From an uncultured Sphingomonadaceae bacterium (GTDB lineage Bacteria; Pseudomonadota; Alphaproteobacteria; Sphingomonadales; Sphingomonadaceae), in assembly GCA_964404985.1 (NCBI GenBank), contig CAYOMD010000012.1, forward strand, positions 2,773 through 66,772: a DNA stretch of 64,000 bases, in the 5' to 3' direction. The position numbers were made by a program, and so were the translations under genes. Shown here one piece after another: positions 24,401 to 34,792 of the stretch. Under the pieces are notes generated by a model. It had not been told where the DNA came from and made no database searches. It saw only the letters and a program-made list of their open reading frames with translations. Within the stretch, counting starts at the first letter, position 1. The number at the start of each line of letters is the position of its first letter.

Positions 24401-25513
24401 GTGACCGATCAATCCCTGGCCCAGCCTGAAATCGCGCCGCCCGATGCGCAGGACGCGCCGGTGCCGTCGGACTATCGTGGCCTGACCTATCCGCTCGGGC
24501 GCTGGAAGCCGGAGCCGACCGCACCGCACGAAGTCGCACCGGGAGTGTACTGGCTGCGAATGCCGCTGCCGTTTGCACTCGATCACATCAACCTGTGGCT
24601 GCTTGAGGATAGCGACTCGTGGGTCATCGTCGACTCCGGATTGAATGCGCCTGGGTGTCAGGACGTCTGGCGTGCGGTGCTTGATGGTCCGCTTGTGGCC
24701 GGCCGGCCGGTCTCGCGCATTTTCGTCACCCACTACCACCCGGATCATATCGGGCTGGCGGGCTGGCTCTCGGCGTTGACCGGTGCGCCGCTGCTGATGT
24801 CGCGCACCGACTATCTGATGGCGTCCATCCTGATGCTGGGTGCACTGCCGGCCCCGCCGGAGGGCGTGCAGGCATTTTATGCCCGTGCCGGCTGGCCGTC
24901 CGAATCGATCAAGCGCTTCGCCGGGCGGGGCTGGGGCCTGTTCGCACGGGCGGTTGCGCCTCTGCCGGTCAGCTACACCCGCCTGCAGCATGGGCAGATG
25001 CACCGGGTCGGCCAGCATGACTGGCGGGTGCATGTCGGGCGCGGTCATGCGCCGGAGCATTGTTGCCTGGTCAACGAGGCGCTGGGCGTGCTGATCTCCG
25101 GGGATCAGGTGCTGCCCCGCATCACCTCGAACGTGTCCGTTTACCCGATGGAGCCATATGAAGACCCTCTCGGCGACTGGCTGGAGAGCCTTGACGGGCT
25201 ATTGGCGCTGCCGGAGGGTCTGCTTGTACTGCCCTCCCACAACGAGCCGTTCCGCGGCTTGCATACCCGGGTGCGGCAGCTTCAGGCTGACCATGCAGAC
25301 AAACTCGCGCGGGTGACCGCCCTGTGTCGCGAATCGCCGCACACGGTCATTGAATGCTTTCCCGCGTTGTTCGGACGGATGCTGACAGACAACGACATCA
25401 TGATGGGCAGCGGTGAGGCCTATGCCCACCTCAACCATCTGGTGCGGCACAATCATCTGCAGCGAACGACACAAATCCGGGATGGCCGCGAAGTAGACGT
25501 ATTCACAGGCTGA
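24401..25513 (+). CDS. MBL-fold metallo-hydrolase
   Basis: HxHxDH motif THYHPDHIG. GTG start. Confidence 0.8.
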   Translation: MTDQSLAQPEIAPPDAQDAPVPSDYRGLTYPLGRWKPEPTAPHEVAPGVYWLRMPLPFALDHINLWLLEDSDSWVIVDSGLNAPGCQDVWRAVLDGPLVAGRPVSRIFVTHYHPDHIGLAGWLSALTGAPLLMSRTDYLMASILMLGALPAPPEGVQAFYARAGWPSESIKRFAGRGWGLFARAVAPLPVSYTRLQHGQMHRVGQHDWRVHVGRGHAPEHCCLVNEALGVLISGDQVLPRITSNVSVYPMEPYEDPLGDWLESLDGLLALPEGLLVLPSHNEPFRGLHTRVRQLQADHADKLARVTALCRESPHTVIECFPALFGRMLTDNDIMMGSGEAYAHLNHLVRHNHLQRTTQIRDGREVDVFTG

Positions 25514-25571
25514 ACCCTGTGCGAGTGTTCAGGACCATGCGCCCGGAGAGCGCACGCCTTGGGAGGAGGAC

Positions 25572-27242
25572 ATGAAGAACGAGACGGCCAGGCCGGATAT
25601 CGGCTTGCCAGAGAACATGCAGCCCATGCCGGTGCAGATGATTCTGGAACAATCAGCCAGGCGCGCACCGCAGCAGCCCTACCTCGATTTCCTGGGACGC
25701 GTTTACACTTACGGTGACATTAACGCGCAGGCAGACCGGGTTGCCGCCGGGCTGCAGGCCATGGGCCTCGCCAAGGGGGACCGTGTCGGCCTGTTCCTGC
25801 CCAACTGCCCGCAGTATGTGGTGTTCTATTACGGGATCCTGAGAGCCGGCGGCACGGTGGTGAATTTCTCGCCGCTCTACTCGACGCACGAGCTGATCCA
25901 CCAGGTCGAGGATAGCCAGACCGATTTCATGGTCTGCCTCGATCTGGCCGCCCTTTACGACACCATCAACGCGGTGCTGGAGGCAAGCCGGCTGAAGGCA
26001 CTGATCGTCTGCAGTTTTGCAGATGCCTTGCCGGTTGCGGCACGCTGGGCATTCCGGGTCGCCAAGCGGCAGCTGGTGGCCAAGGTCAAACCCTGCGCGC
26101 GACGTATCCCGGCCCAGCGCCTGCTTCGCCACACGGGGCCGTATGAGCAGCGGCCGGTCGACCTGACGGAAGATATCGCCATGCTGCAATACACCGGTGG
26201 CACCACCGGTGTGCCCAAGGGGGCCATGCTCAGCCATGCCAACGTCAGTATGGCGACCCAGCAGGCAGTCGGTGCCCAGGGTGGAATCGCATTCGGGGCC
26301 GAGCGCATGCTCGGGGCGCTGCCCTTCTTTCATATTTTTGCCAGCGTCTCGGTCCTCAACGGCATGACCCTGTGCGGCGGCCTGATCGCCATCCTGCCCA
26401 AGTTCGAGCTGAAGGGGGCCCTGGCGCTCATCAAGCGCCACCGGATTACCTTCATGCCAGGCGTGCCGACCATGTTTCAGGCGCTGCTGAATGCCGATGC
26501 GGAATCGCTCTCCGTCATGAAGTCCGTGCGCGTCTCCATCTCAGGCGGTGCGCCGATGGCTGTCGAGCTCAAACGCAAGTTCGAGGCAACCAGCGGCGGT
26601 ATCATCCTCGAGGGCTACGGTCTCACCGAAAGTACGGGCATTGCATCGGTCAATCCGTATCATGGTGCCAACAAGGCTGGCTCTGTCGGGGTCCCGGTGC
26701 CAGGCACCGAGGTGGTGATCGTCGACAAGGAAGATCCCGGTCGTATCCTCCCGCACGGAGAAACCGGGGAAATCTGCCTGCGCGGACCGCAGGTCATGCG
26801 CGGCTACTGGCGACGGCCGGAGGCGACGGCTGCCGTGCTCGGCCATGGCTATCTGCAGACCGGTGACGTTGGCTACCTCGATCCGGACGGCTATCTGTTC
26901 ATCGTCGACCGCCTGAAGGACATGATCAACGTGGGGGGCTTCAAGGTCTTCCCCCGCATGATCGAGGAAGCACTCTACGAGCATGGCAGCGTGCTGGAGG
27001 CGAGCGTGATCGGCGTTGCCGACGAATATCTCGGCCAGCGCCCGAAGGCGTTCGTCGTCTTGAATGCTGACGCCCGCGGCCATGTGACCGCTGATGACCT
27101 GAAGGCCTATCTCAAGACCCGCATCGGCAAGCACGAGCAACCGGCCAGCATCGAGTTGCGCGACAGCCTGCCCAAGACCATGATCGGCAAGCTCTCCAAG
27201 AAGGAGCTTATTGCCGAGGAAAATGCCGCCACAGCGCACTAA
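25572..27242 (+). CDS. long-chain-fatty-acid--CoA ligase (AMP-binding family)
   Basis: AMP-binding motif YTGGTTGVPKGAMLSH and C-terminal GKLSKKEL. Confidence 0.85.
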   Translation: MKNETARPDIGLPENMQPMPVQMILEQSARRAPQQPYLDFLGRVYTYGDINAQADRVAAGLQAMGLAKGDRVGLFLPNCPQYVVFYYGILRAGGTVVNFSPLYSTHELIHQVEDSQTDFMVCLDLAALYDTINAVLEASRLKALIVCSFADALPVAARWAFRVAKRQLVAKVKPCARRIPAQRLLRHTGPYEQRPVDLTEDIAMLQYTGGTTGVPKGAMLSHANVSMATQQAVGAQGGIAFGAERMLGALPFFHIFASVSVLNGMTLCGGLIAILPKFELKGALALIKRHRITFMPGVPTMFQALLNADAESLSVMKSVRVSISGGAPMAVELKRKFEATSGGIILEGYGLTESTGIASVNPYHGANKAGSVGVPVPGTEVVIVDKEDPGRILPHGETGEICLRGPQVMRGYWRRPEATAAVLGHGYLQTGDVGYLDPDGYLFIVDRLKDMINVGGFKVFPRMIEEALYEHGSVLEASVIGVADEYLGQRPKAFVVLNADARGHVTADDLKAYLKTRIGKHEQPASIELRDSLPKTMIGKLSKKELIAEENAATAH

Positions 27243-27254
27243 GGAGTCCATGGC

Positions 27255-28028
27255 ATGACCGACCACATTCTGACCCAGCAGCAAGACGGTGTTCTGCACA
27301 TCGTCCTGCAGCGCCCGGAGAAAAAGAACGCCCTGACCAACGCCATGTACGCGGCGATCGCCGATGCCCTGGAGGCCGCGCAGACGGATCCGGGCGTGCG
27401 TGTTGTCCTGTTCAGGGCCGAGGGCGACTGCTTCTCGGCCGGCAATGACATCATGGACTTCGCCAGTGTCGCGACATCGGCGCCAGACTTCGCATCCCTG
27501 CCGGTCACGCGCGTGCTGAAGGCGCTGGCCTTTGCGGAAAAGCCGCTGGTCGCGGCGGTGCACGGTGCGGCTGTCGGCATCGGCACGACGCTGCTTCTGC
27601 ACTGCGATCTGGTCTATGTGGCGGAAGACGCGCAGTTGTCGACGCCGTTCATCAACCTGGCGCTGGTGCCGGAGGCGGCCTCCAGCCTGCTCATGCCGGC
27701 ACGTATTGGCCATGTCCGTTCTTATGCCATGTTTGCGCTCGGGGAGAAGCTGAGCGGCGTTGAGGCCGTGCGGCTGGGCCTCGCCAATGCCGCCGTCCCC
27801 GCCGACCAGCTTGCCGAGACGGCGCTGACTGCAGCCCGTGCGCTCACCCAGCGCCCGCCTGAGGCGCTGCGCCTCTCCAAGCGGTTGATGCGCGATGCCG
27901 AAACCTATGCCCGTATCATGGATATCGAGGGCGCACAGTTCATGGCCCGCCTGCGGTCACCGGAAGCGCAGGAAGCCTTTGCAGCCTTCCTGCAACGCCG
28001 TACACCAGATTTCACAAAATTCGCCTGA
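27255..28028 (+). CDS. enoyl-CoA hydratase/isomerase family protein
   Basis: Crotonase motifs FSAGNDI and AAVHGAAVGIGTT. Confidence 0.85.
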   Translation: MTDHILTQQQDGVLHIVLQRPEKKNALTNAMYAAIADALEAAQTDPGVRVVLFRAEGDCFSAGNDIMDFASVATSAPDFASLPVTRVLKALAFAEKPLVAAVHGAAVGIGTTLLLHCDLVYVAEDAQLSTPFINLALVPEAASSLLMPARIGHVRSYAMFALGEKLSGVEAVRLGLANAAVPADQLAETALTAARALTQRPPEALRLSKRLMRDAETYARIMDIEGAQFMARLRSPEAQEAFAAFLQRRTPDFTKFA

Positions 28029-28042
28029 GGGGAGAGAAACCA

Positions 28043-28909
28043 ATGAGCCTTGCCAACAAAACCCTGTTCATCACCGGTGCCAGCCGCGGCATCGGCCTGG
28101 CGATTGCCCTGCGCGCCGCGCGCGACGGGGCCAATGTCGCGATTGCCGCCAAGACATCCGAGCCGCACAAGCACCTGCCCGGCACCGTCTATTCGGCGGC
28201 AGCCGAAATCGAGGCGGCGGGCGGCAAGGCATTGCCACTGATCGTCGATGTGCGCGACGAGGAGTCGGTGCTGCGGGCGGTCGCCCAGACCGTCGAGACC
28301 TTCGGCGGGATCGACATTTGCGTCAACAACGCATCGGCAATCAGTCTGAGCGGAACCGAGGCCACCGAGATGAAGCGCTATGACCTGATGCACCAGGTCA
28401 ACACGCGCGGCACCTTTCTGGTCTCCAAGGCCTGCGTGCCGCACCTGCGCAAGGCCGAGAATCCACATGTGCTCATGATGTCGCCGCCGCTGGACATGAA
28501 CGCCAAGTGGTTTGCGCCGCACGTCGCCTACACCATGGCGAAGTTCGGCATGTCGCAATGTGTGCTCGGCATGTCTGGCGAGTTCCGCAAGGACAGGATC
28601 GCGTTCAACGCCCTGTGGCCGCGCACCACCATAGCGACCGCGGCGGTGCAGTTTGCCTTGCTGGGTGACGAGGGCATCCGCAAGAGCCGTACCGCCGACA
28701 TTCTGGCCGATGCCGCCTATGAGATTTTCCACGAGCCATCGGCCAGCTTCACCGGCAACTTCCTGATCGATGACACCTACCTGACGAGCAAGGGCGTCAC
28801 CGATTTCGACAAATACCGGGTCGACCCGACCCAGCCCCTGCTGCCGGACTTCTTCGTGCCCGAGGACATGCCGCCGCCGCCGGGCGTGCGTTTTGATCCA
28901 GTCGCCTGA
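28043..28909 (+). CDS. SDR-family oxidoreductase
   Basis: TGASRGIGLAIA cofactor motif and the YxxxK triad element (YTMAK). Confidence 0.8.
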   Translation: MSLANKTLFITGASRGIGLAIALRAARDGANVAIAAKTSEPHKHLPGTVYSAAAEIEAAGGKALPLIVDVRDEESVLRAVAQTVETFGGIDICVNNASAISLSGTEATEMKRYDLMHQVNTRGTFLVSKACVPHLRKAENPHVLMMSPPLDMNAKWFAPHVAYTMAKFGMSQCVLGMSGEFRKDRIAFNALWPRTTIATAAVQFALLGDEGIRKSRTADILADAAYEIFHEPSASFTGNFLIDDTYLTSKGVTDFDKYRVDPTQPLLPDFFVPEDMPPPPGVRFDPVA

Positions 28910-28972
28910 ACCGCGCTTTGCGTCCCGAGCGGGGAATGTGTAACGGGGTTTTCCGTTCACGGAACCACCGCA

Positions 28973-30367
28973 ATGCTGAACCACACCTCGCCTGAAGCTG
29001 ACCCCGCACCCGGGTCAGCGCTTCTGACGCGCCTGCACACCGAGACGGCGACCCTGCTGCGGCTGGCGTGGCCGATGATGATCGCGCAGGCGAGCCGCAT
29101 GGGCCTGAATGTCATCGATGCCGTCATGGTCGGGCAGGCGAGCACGCAGGAGCTGGCCTACCTCGGGATGGGCCGTGCGCTCAACTGGGTGGCGGTGATC
29201 GCCGGGATCGGGCTGATGGCGGGGATCACCGTCTTCACCTCGCGGGCAGTCGGCGCGGGCGATCCGCGCCGGTGCGGCGATGTCATGCGCCAGGGCCTGC
29301 TCTATGCGGCGGTTCTCGGGGCGGTGCTGACGGCCCTGGTGCTGCTGCTGGCGCGCCCGGCGCTTACGCTCGCGGGGGTCGCGCCGGACCTGGCGGACGG
29401 CGGTGTCGCGTTCAGCACCATGATCACGCTCGGCTACGTCCCGACCATGGTCGGCTCGGCTGCCTTCTTCTTCCTGCAGGGGATCGGGCGCCCGAAGCCG
29501 GGCATGATCATCATCACGGCGGCGCTGCCGCTCAATGTGCTGCTCAACTGGGTGTTCATCACCGGCAATCTGGGAGCACCGGCGATGGGCGCGACCGGGG
29601 CGGCACTCGCGACCACGCTGGCCGTGACGCTGACGACCGTGATCGTGCTGCTGTACCTGCGCTGGATGCCGGATGCAGATCGCTACGGGGTGCGGGATGC
29701 CGGCTGGCGTCGTGCCTGGCGCGAGGGGCGGGCGCTGCGCCGGTTCGGGTTTGCGCCGGGTCTGGCGACCATGCTTGACCTGCTGGGCCTCAACATCCTC
29801 GCGGTCTGGGCCGGGCGTTTTGGCGCGCCGACTGCGGCAGCCTTCCAGATTCTGCTCTCGGTGCATCTGGTGGTGCTGATCGTCGGCATGAGCCTTGCCA
29901 TGGCGGCCTCGGTGCGGGTCGGCAATGCCTACGGCGCTCAGGCGTGGCGGGAAATCGGCCTGCGTGCCTGGCTGGCGACCGGCCTGACCCTCTGTGCCAT
30001 GGCGGTACTGGTGGTGCTGATCTACCCCAACCTGCCGCTCGCCATCCTGCCGTTCCAGCCGGACGCCGTAACCGCGACGGAAGCGCTGGCACAGTTGCGC
30101 GCCTTCGTGCCGTTCATGCTGTTCGACGGCGTTGCCTTTGTGCTGATGCTGTCCCTGCGTGCCGCAGGCGACCCGCTGATGGCCTCCGTCCTCCAGATCG
30201 CGGGCTACCTCGGGGTGGCGGTCGGGGCTGCGGCAATACTGGTCGTCAGCTTCGGCCTCGGTGGTGTCGGCCTCGCGCTGGCGTTCGGCATCGGCATGCT
30301 GGTCACCGCGCTCGCTATGGCCTGGCGCTTCCAGCTTGTCGCCACGCGGCTGGCACGGCGGTCTTGA
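28973..30367 (+). CDS. MATE-family efflux transporter
   Basis: 12-TM hydrophobic profile and N-terminal LLRLAWPMMIAQ, typical of MATE. Confidence 0.8.
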   Translation: MLNHTSPEADPAPGSALLTRLHTETATLLRLAWPMMIAQASRMGLNVIDAVMVGQASTQELAYLGMGRALNWVAVIAGIGLMAGITVFTSRAVGAGDPRRCGDVMRQGLLYAAVLGAVLTALVLLLARPALTLAGVAPDLADGGVAFSTMITLGYVPTMVGSAAFFFLQGIGRPKPGMIIITAALPLNVLLNWVFITGNLGAPAMGATGAALATTLAVTLTTVIVLLYLRWMPDADRYGVRDAGWRRAWREGRALRRFGFAPGLATMLDLLGLNILAVWAGRFGAPTAAAFQILLSVHLVVLIVGMSLAMAASVRVGNAYGAQAWREIGLRAWLATGLTLCAMAVLVVLIYPNLPLAILPFQPDAVTATEALAQLRAFVPFMLFDGVAFVLMLSLRAAGDPLMASVLQIAGYLGVAVGAAAILVVSFGLGGVGLALAFGIGMLVTALAMAWRFQLVATRLARRS

Positions 30368-30382
30368 CGCGGTCGTTGGGGC

Positions 30383-30814
30383 ATGGTGTGGGCGGGCATG
30401 GATGATGCCGCCCGCCCGCCACTGCCCGACACTGACGCCTATGCGCCGCCTGCGGTGACACCGGCGCGCTACACGCTGTTCCTGGAGGAGTATCAGGTGC
30501 AGGCGCGCATCGGTATCCATGCCGCCGAGAAGCGCGGCCGCCAGCCGCTCAGTGTCAGTGTCACGCTCGAGGTCGCGGCCTGCTCCGATGCGGATGCGAT
30601 CGACGCCGTGGTCGACTATGAGGCGATCGTCGCCCACATCGATGCACTGGTGGCAGACCGGCACTACAACCTGCAGGAAAGCTTCTGCCGCGAGCTGATC
30701 GCCCGTTGCCGGGCCATGGCGCATGTGTTCGCCGTCAGCGTCACCACCCGCAAGACGGCGGTCTATCCGAACGCGCGCGCTGTGGGCTGCACCATGCACT
30801 GGCGTGCCGGTTAA
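30383..30814 (+). CDS. folB: dihydroneopterin aldolase family protein
   Basis: YQVQARIGIHAAEKRGRQPLSVSVTLEV...VVDYEAIVAHI. Start uncertain (GTG 30383 or ATG 30398). Confidence 0.6.
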   Translation: MVWAGMDDAARPPLPDTDAYAPPAVTPARYTLFLEEYQVQARIGIHAAEKRGRQPLSVSVTLEVAACSDADAIDAVVDYEAIVAHIDALVADRHYNLQESFCRELIARCRAMAHVFAVSVTTRKTAVYPNARAVGCTMHWRAG

Positions 30815-30877
30815 GCGGCGATGGCGCGGGACTGCATCTTGCGCTAGACGGCAAGAAAACACCACTCTGAGGTCGCC

Positions 30878-33226
30878 ATGCCCGCCACGAAACGCCGTGC
30901 CACACCGACCATCGACCCGGACCTGGTCGCCAGCCTGGGCGCGCTGGAGGTCCGGCTGCGCTGGCTAGCCGCCTGGACCATCCACACCGCCAACCACCTG
31001 CGCGAGAGCCGTGACGGCCTGAAGGTCGGCGGGCACCAGGCATCCTGCGCGTCGATCACCGCGATCATGGCCGCACTGTATTTCCATGCGCTCAAGCCCA
31101 ATGACCGGGTGGCGGTGAAGCCGCACGCAGGGCCGGTGCTGCATGCGATCCACTATCTGCTCGGCCAGCAGAACCTCGCGCAGTTGCAGGCGTTTCGCGG
31201 CTTCAAGGGCGCGCAGAGCTACCCCAGCCGCACCAAGGACCAAATCCCGGTCGACTTTTCCACCGGTTCGGTCGGGCTCGGCGTGGCGATCACCGCCTTT
31301 GCATCGCTGGTGCAGGATTATCTGATCGCGCGCGGCCAGCTGGCGGAAGCCGACACCGGCCGCATGATCGCGCTGATGGGTGATGCCGAGCTGGACGAAG
31401 GCAACATCTACGAGTGCCTGATTGAGGCCTACAAGCACGACATCCGGAACTGCTGGTGGATCGTCGACTACAACCGCCAGAGCCTGGATGCGACCACCGC
31501 CGACCGCATGTTCCGCCGGTTCGACGACATCTTCGAGACCTGCGGCTGGCGCGTGCTGACCCTGAAGTACGGCAAGGTGCTGCGCGCCGCCTTCGCACGG
31601 CCGGGCGGCAAAGCACTCGAGCGCTGGATCGAGAATTGCCCCAACGCGGACTATGCCGCCCTCACCTACCAGGGCGGGGCGGTGTGGCGCACGCGTCTGC
31701 TCGCCGATATCGGGCAGGAACCGGGTGTGGCGAACCTGCTGGCCGCCTATGACGACGATGCGCTGGCCAAGCTGATGACTGGGCTTGGCGGCCACTGCAT
31801 CGAGACCCTGCTGGAGGCGTTTGCCAGTGCGCAGGACGACACGCCGACGCTCTTCATCGCCTATACCATCAAGGGCTATGGGCTGCCGTTCCAGGGCCAT
31901 AAGGACAACCATTCCGGGTTGATGACCCCGTCCCAGATTGCGGAGCTGCGCACGAGCCTCGGCATTGCCGAGGGGGCAGAGTGGGCACCGCTCGCCGGGC
32001 TTGGGGACAATGCAGCAGCGCAGGTGCAGGCCTTCCTGGACGCCGCGCCCATCCGCGCCAAAGCCGGGGACCGGCCCTATTCGGCGGTGCCGGTCCCGGT
32101 GCGACTGCCGGTGCCGGAGCAGGCTGAGCAGTCAACCCAGGCGGCGTTCGGGCGCATTCTGCTGGAGATCGCCAAGTCCGGGCATCCGCTGGCCGAGCGG
32201 ATTGTCACCACCTCGCCGGATGTCACCGTCTCGACCAATCTCGGGGCCTGGGTGAACCAGCGCGGGCTGTTCCGCCGGCGCGACTTCGCGGATGTGTTCC
32301 AGCAGGCGCGCATCCCCAGTGCCCAGAAGTGGGCGGGCGCACCGGCCGGGCAGCATATCGAGCTGGGCATCGCCGAGCACAACCTGTTCCTGATGCTGGC
32401 CGCGCTCGGTCTTGCCGGGCCGCTGTTCGGCAGCCGGCTGCTGCCGATCGGCACAGTGTACGATCCGTTCATTGCCCGCGGCCTCGATTGCCTGAACTAC
32501 GCCTGTTACCAGGATGCCCGGTTCCTGCTGGTGGCAACGCCGTCCGGCCTGACACTCGGGCCGGAAGGCGGGGCGCACCAGTCGATCAACACGCCGCTGA
32601 TCGGCATGGGCCAGCCGGGGCTCACCGCCTACGAGCCGGCATATGCCGACGAACTGGCCTTGATCATGGCCCATGCGTTCCAGCACATGCAGGCCCCTGA
32701 CGGCGGCTCGGTCTATCTTCGCCTCAGCACCCGCACCATCCCGCAGATCGCGCGCCCGGAGAGTGGCTGGGAGGAGGACGCGCTGGCCGGCGGCTACTGG
32801 CTGAAGCACCCGGGGCCGGCCGCAGATGCCGCAATCGTTGCGACCGGCGCGATTCTGCCTGAAGCGCTGGACGCCTGGGCGCAGCTTGCCGACGACCTGC
32901 CGGGGCTGGGCTTGCTCAACGTCACCTCGGCCGATTTGCTGCATCGTGGCTGGAGTGCGGCCCGTGCGGCACGCAGCCAGGGCGGCCCGGCGGTGCAGAG
33001 CCACGTCGAGCGCCTGCTGGCGGCCCTTGGCCCGCAGGCCGGGCTGGTGACGGTGCTGGATGGCTCGCCCGCGGCCCTGTCGTGGCTTGGCGGCGTGCGC
33101 GGTCAGAAGGTGTCACCGCTGGGGCTGGACCGCTTCGGCCAGACCGGCGACCTGCCCGATCTCTTCCGGGAGTACCGGCTGGACGCCAACGCCATCATCG
33201 ATGCCGCTGCCGAGCTATTTCTATAA
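30878..33226 (+). CDS. thiamine-diphosphate-dependent E1 / transketolase-like enzyme (AceE-related, 782 aa)
   Basis: ThDP motif GDAELDEGNIYE...NRQSLD. No E2 or E3 partner genes nearby. Exact function not assignable. Confidence 0.6.
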   Translation: MPATKRRATPTIDPDLVASLGALEVRLRWLAAWTIHTANHLRESRDGLKVGGHQASCASITAIMAALYFHALKPNDRVAVKPHAGPVLHAIHYLLGQQNLAQLQAFRGFKGAQSYPSRTKDQIPVDFSTGSVGLGVAITAFASLVQDYLIARGQLAEADTGRMIALMGDAELDEGNIYECLIEAYKHDIRNCWWIVDYNRQSLDATTADRMFRRFDDIFETCGWRVLTLKYGKVLRAAFARPGGKALERWIENCPNADYAALTYQGGAVWRTRLLADIGQEPGVANLLAAYDDDALAKLMTGLGGHCIETLLEAFASAQDDTPTLFIAYTIKGYGLPFQGHKDNHSGLMTPSQIAELRTSLGIAEGAEWAPLAGLGDNAAAQVQAFLDAAPIRAKAGDRPYSAVPVPVRLPVPEQAEQSTQAAFGRILLEIAKSGHPLAERIVTTSPDVTVSTNLGAWVNQRGLFRRRDFADVFQQARIPSAQKWAGAPAGQHIELGIAEHNLFLMLAALGLAGPLFGSRLLPIGTVYDPFIARGLDCLNYACYQDARFLLVATPSGLTLGPEGGAHQSINTPLIGMGQPGLTAYEPAYADELALIMAHAFQHMQAPDGGSVYLRLSTRTIPQIARPESGWEEDALAGGYWLKHPGPAADAAIVATGAILPEALDAWAQLADDLPGLGLLNVTSADLLHRGWSAARAARSQGGPAVQSHVERLLAALGPQAGLVTVLDGSPAALSWLGGVRGQKVSPLGLDRFGQTGDLPDLFREYRLDANAIIDAAAELFL

Positions 33227-33229
33227 CGA

Positions 33230-33826
33230 TTACTTTTCGAGTTCGGCCAGTCTGCGGGTTGCGGTGCCGACGACGACCCTGTGCGCGGCCTGGGCGTCTT
33301 CGATCATCTTCAGGGCCTCACCGGTCTCCCGCAGCGGGCCGGCGACCGGATGCCCATTGACGGCCAGCATTGCCAGTTCACCCGCCAGCTTTTCCGCATT
33401 GCCATGCAGCGAATCGAAGCGGCTGGCGGCATTGTTGAGGCGCGAGAGTTCGATTTGCGCTTTGGACTGCGCGGCAGCATCCGGGTTCTCGGCGAGGGCC
33501 TCCAGTGCCGCTTCAAGGGCTGCACCCTGGCGGGTCCAGCGGACCAGAGCGGACTCCAGATCCTTTTCCAGAAGGCCGGCCTCGCTGCTGCTCTGGCGCA
33601 GGTCCGGGATCATCGCGTTCGGGTCCATGGCGGCATCCGGTGCAGCCATCTGCTCGTTGAGCCGGCTGGTCATGGCACGCTCTTCCGGGGTCAGCAGTGA
33701 CGGCCATGGCGCATCCGCACCCGGTTGCACAGCGACACTCAGGCGTGGGTCGACAGATGGCTGTGGCGCGCTAGCACAGGCGCTCAGCAGCAAGAGGGTG
33801 GACGTCAGGGCAGTGCGGCAAACCAT
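33230..33826 (-). CDS. hypothetical lipoprotein, helical/coiled-coil
   Basis: Lipobox LLLLSAC after MVCRTALTSTL (start at 33826). The remainder is an Ala/Glu/Leu-rich helical sequence. Confidence 0.5.
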   Translation of the reverse strand: MVCRTALTSTLLLLSACASAPQPSVDPRLSVAVQPGADAPWPSLLTPEERAMTSRLNEQMAAPDAAMDPNAMIPDLRQSSSEAGLLEKDLESALVRWTRQGAALEAALEALAENPDAAAQSKAQIELSRLNNAASRFDSLHGNAEKLAGELAMLAVNGHPVAGPLRETGEALKMIEDAQAAHRVVVGTATRRLAELEK

Positions 33827-33961
33827 GGTGTCATGCTTACTGAGTCCGGCGGAAAGGGGAAGCAGGAATTGCACCACTTTGGTCATGGGATGCTGCACCG
33901 CATTAGGGCTTGCGTGTGTGGGCAAAACTCCCTAGGTTCCCGGCCTCGCACCGGAAGGCCT

Positions 33962-34038
33962 GCGCTCGTAGCTCAGCTGGATAGAGCATCAGACTACGAA
34001 TCTGAGGGTCAGGAGTTCGAATCTCTTCGAGCGCGCCA
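33962..34038 (+). tRNA. tRNA-Arg (anticodon ACG), CCA encoded
   Basis: Hand-folded cloverleaf. Acceptor GCGCTCG/CGAGCGC, D-arm GCTC-AGCTGGATA-GAGC, anticodon arm TCAGA-CTACGAA-TCTGA, T-arm AGGAG-TTCGAAT-CTCTT. Confidence 0.95.
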
Positions 34039-34049
34039 TCCGGTGCCCA

Positions 34050-34769
34050 CTATTCCAATTCAAAGGTTATCGAGACAGTCGCTGTGCGGCTGATCTCGCC
34101 GGGCGCGAGCTCTGTGGTGGCGTCTGCGGGTGTTGCAGCGGCCATGCGCGCGGCTTTCAGGAACACCGGCTGCGGGGCCGATGCGCCGCCCTCTGCAATC
34201 GACAGGATACGCTTGACCTTGAGGTCGGCTGCCGCCGCATAAAGGTCCGCGCGGGTGCGGGCCATCCGCACGGCTTTTTGCCGTGCCTCATCCAGGGCCG
34301 CCTCGGGGTCGCTCAGGTCGAACGTCGGCCCGTTGATCTGGTTGACCCCGGCGGTGACCAGCGAGTCGAGCATCGCGCCGGCACTGTCCAGCTTGCGCAA
34401 GCGCAAGGTCAGGGTGTTGGTCGCCTGATAACCGGTAAGCTTGGGCGTGTTACCCTGGCGATAGTCATATTGTGCATTCAACGACAGGCCGCTGGTCTGC
34501 ATGTCCTTGTCGGCCACGCCGCGCTGCTTGAGGGTTGCGATGACGGCTGCCATCTTGCGGGCGTTATCGGCCATGGCAGCCTGCGCGGTCGCCGCGTCGG
34601 TCTGCACGCCGGCATTGATGATCGCAAGATCCGGCGCGCGGGCGACATCTGCGCTCGCGTTCACCACCAGGGTCTGGAGCGGGGACATGTGGTGATCATC
34701 CTGCGCCTGGGCGGCTGCGGCGGCGACCAAGGCCAGGGGCGCAAGCATGAGCAGGCGTGCGAGCATCAT
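34050..34769 (-). CDS. SIMPL/DUF541 periplasmic protein
   Basis: Signal peptide MMLARLLMLAPLALVAAAAAQA and SIMPL-like body (GYQATNTLTLRL...). GGAG upstream of ATG 34769. The track ORF (to 35105) is over-extended. Confidence 0.8.
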   Translation of the reverse strand: MMLARLLMLAPLALVAAAAAQAQDDHHMSPLQTLVVNASADVARAPDLAIINAGVQTDAATAQAAMADNARKMAAVIATLKQRGVADKDMQTSGLSLNAQYDYRQGNTPKLTGYQATNTLTLRLRKLDSAGAMLDSLVTAGVNQINGPTFDLSDPEAALDEARQKAVRMARTRADLYAAAADLKVKRILSIAEGGASAPQPVFLKAARMAAATPADATTELAPGEISRTATVSITFELE

Positions 34770-34792
34770 GTGTCTCCGATTAGAAGGGGCCG

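Noticed and set aside
28910-28972. Guanidine-II (mini-ykkC) riboswitch upstream of the MATE transporter, because of two ACGG strings.
   Set aside because: The ACGG tetranucleotides are not presented as tetraloops closed by GC-rich stems, and the 63-nt gap does not fold into the two matching hairpins.
33926-34050. Genomic island or integration site at tRNA-Arg.
   Set aside because: There is no integrase, no direct repeat of the tRNA 3' end, and the flanking genes are ordinary (a lipoprotein and a SIMPL protein).
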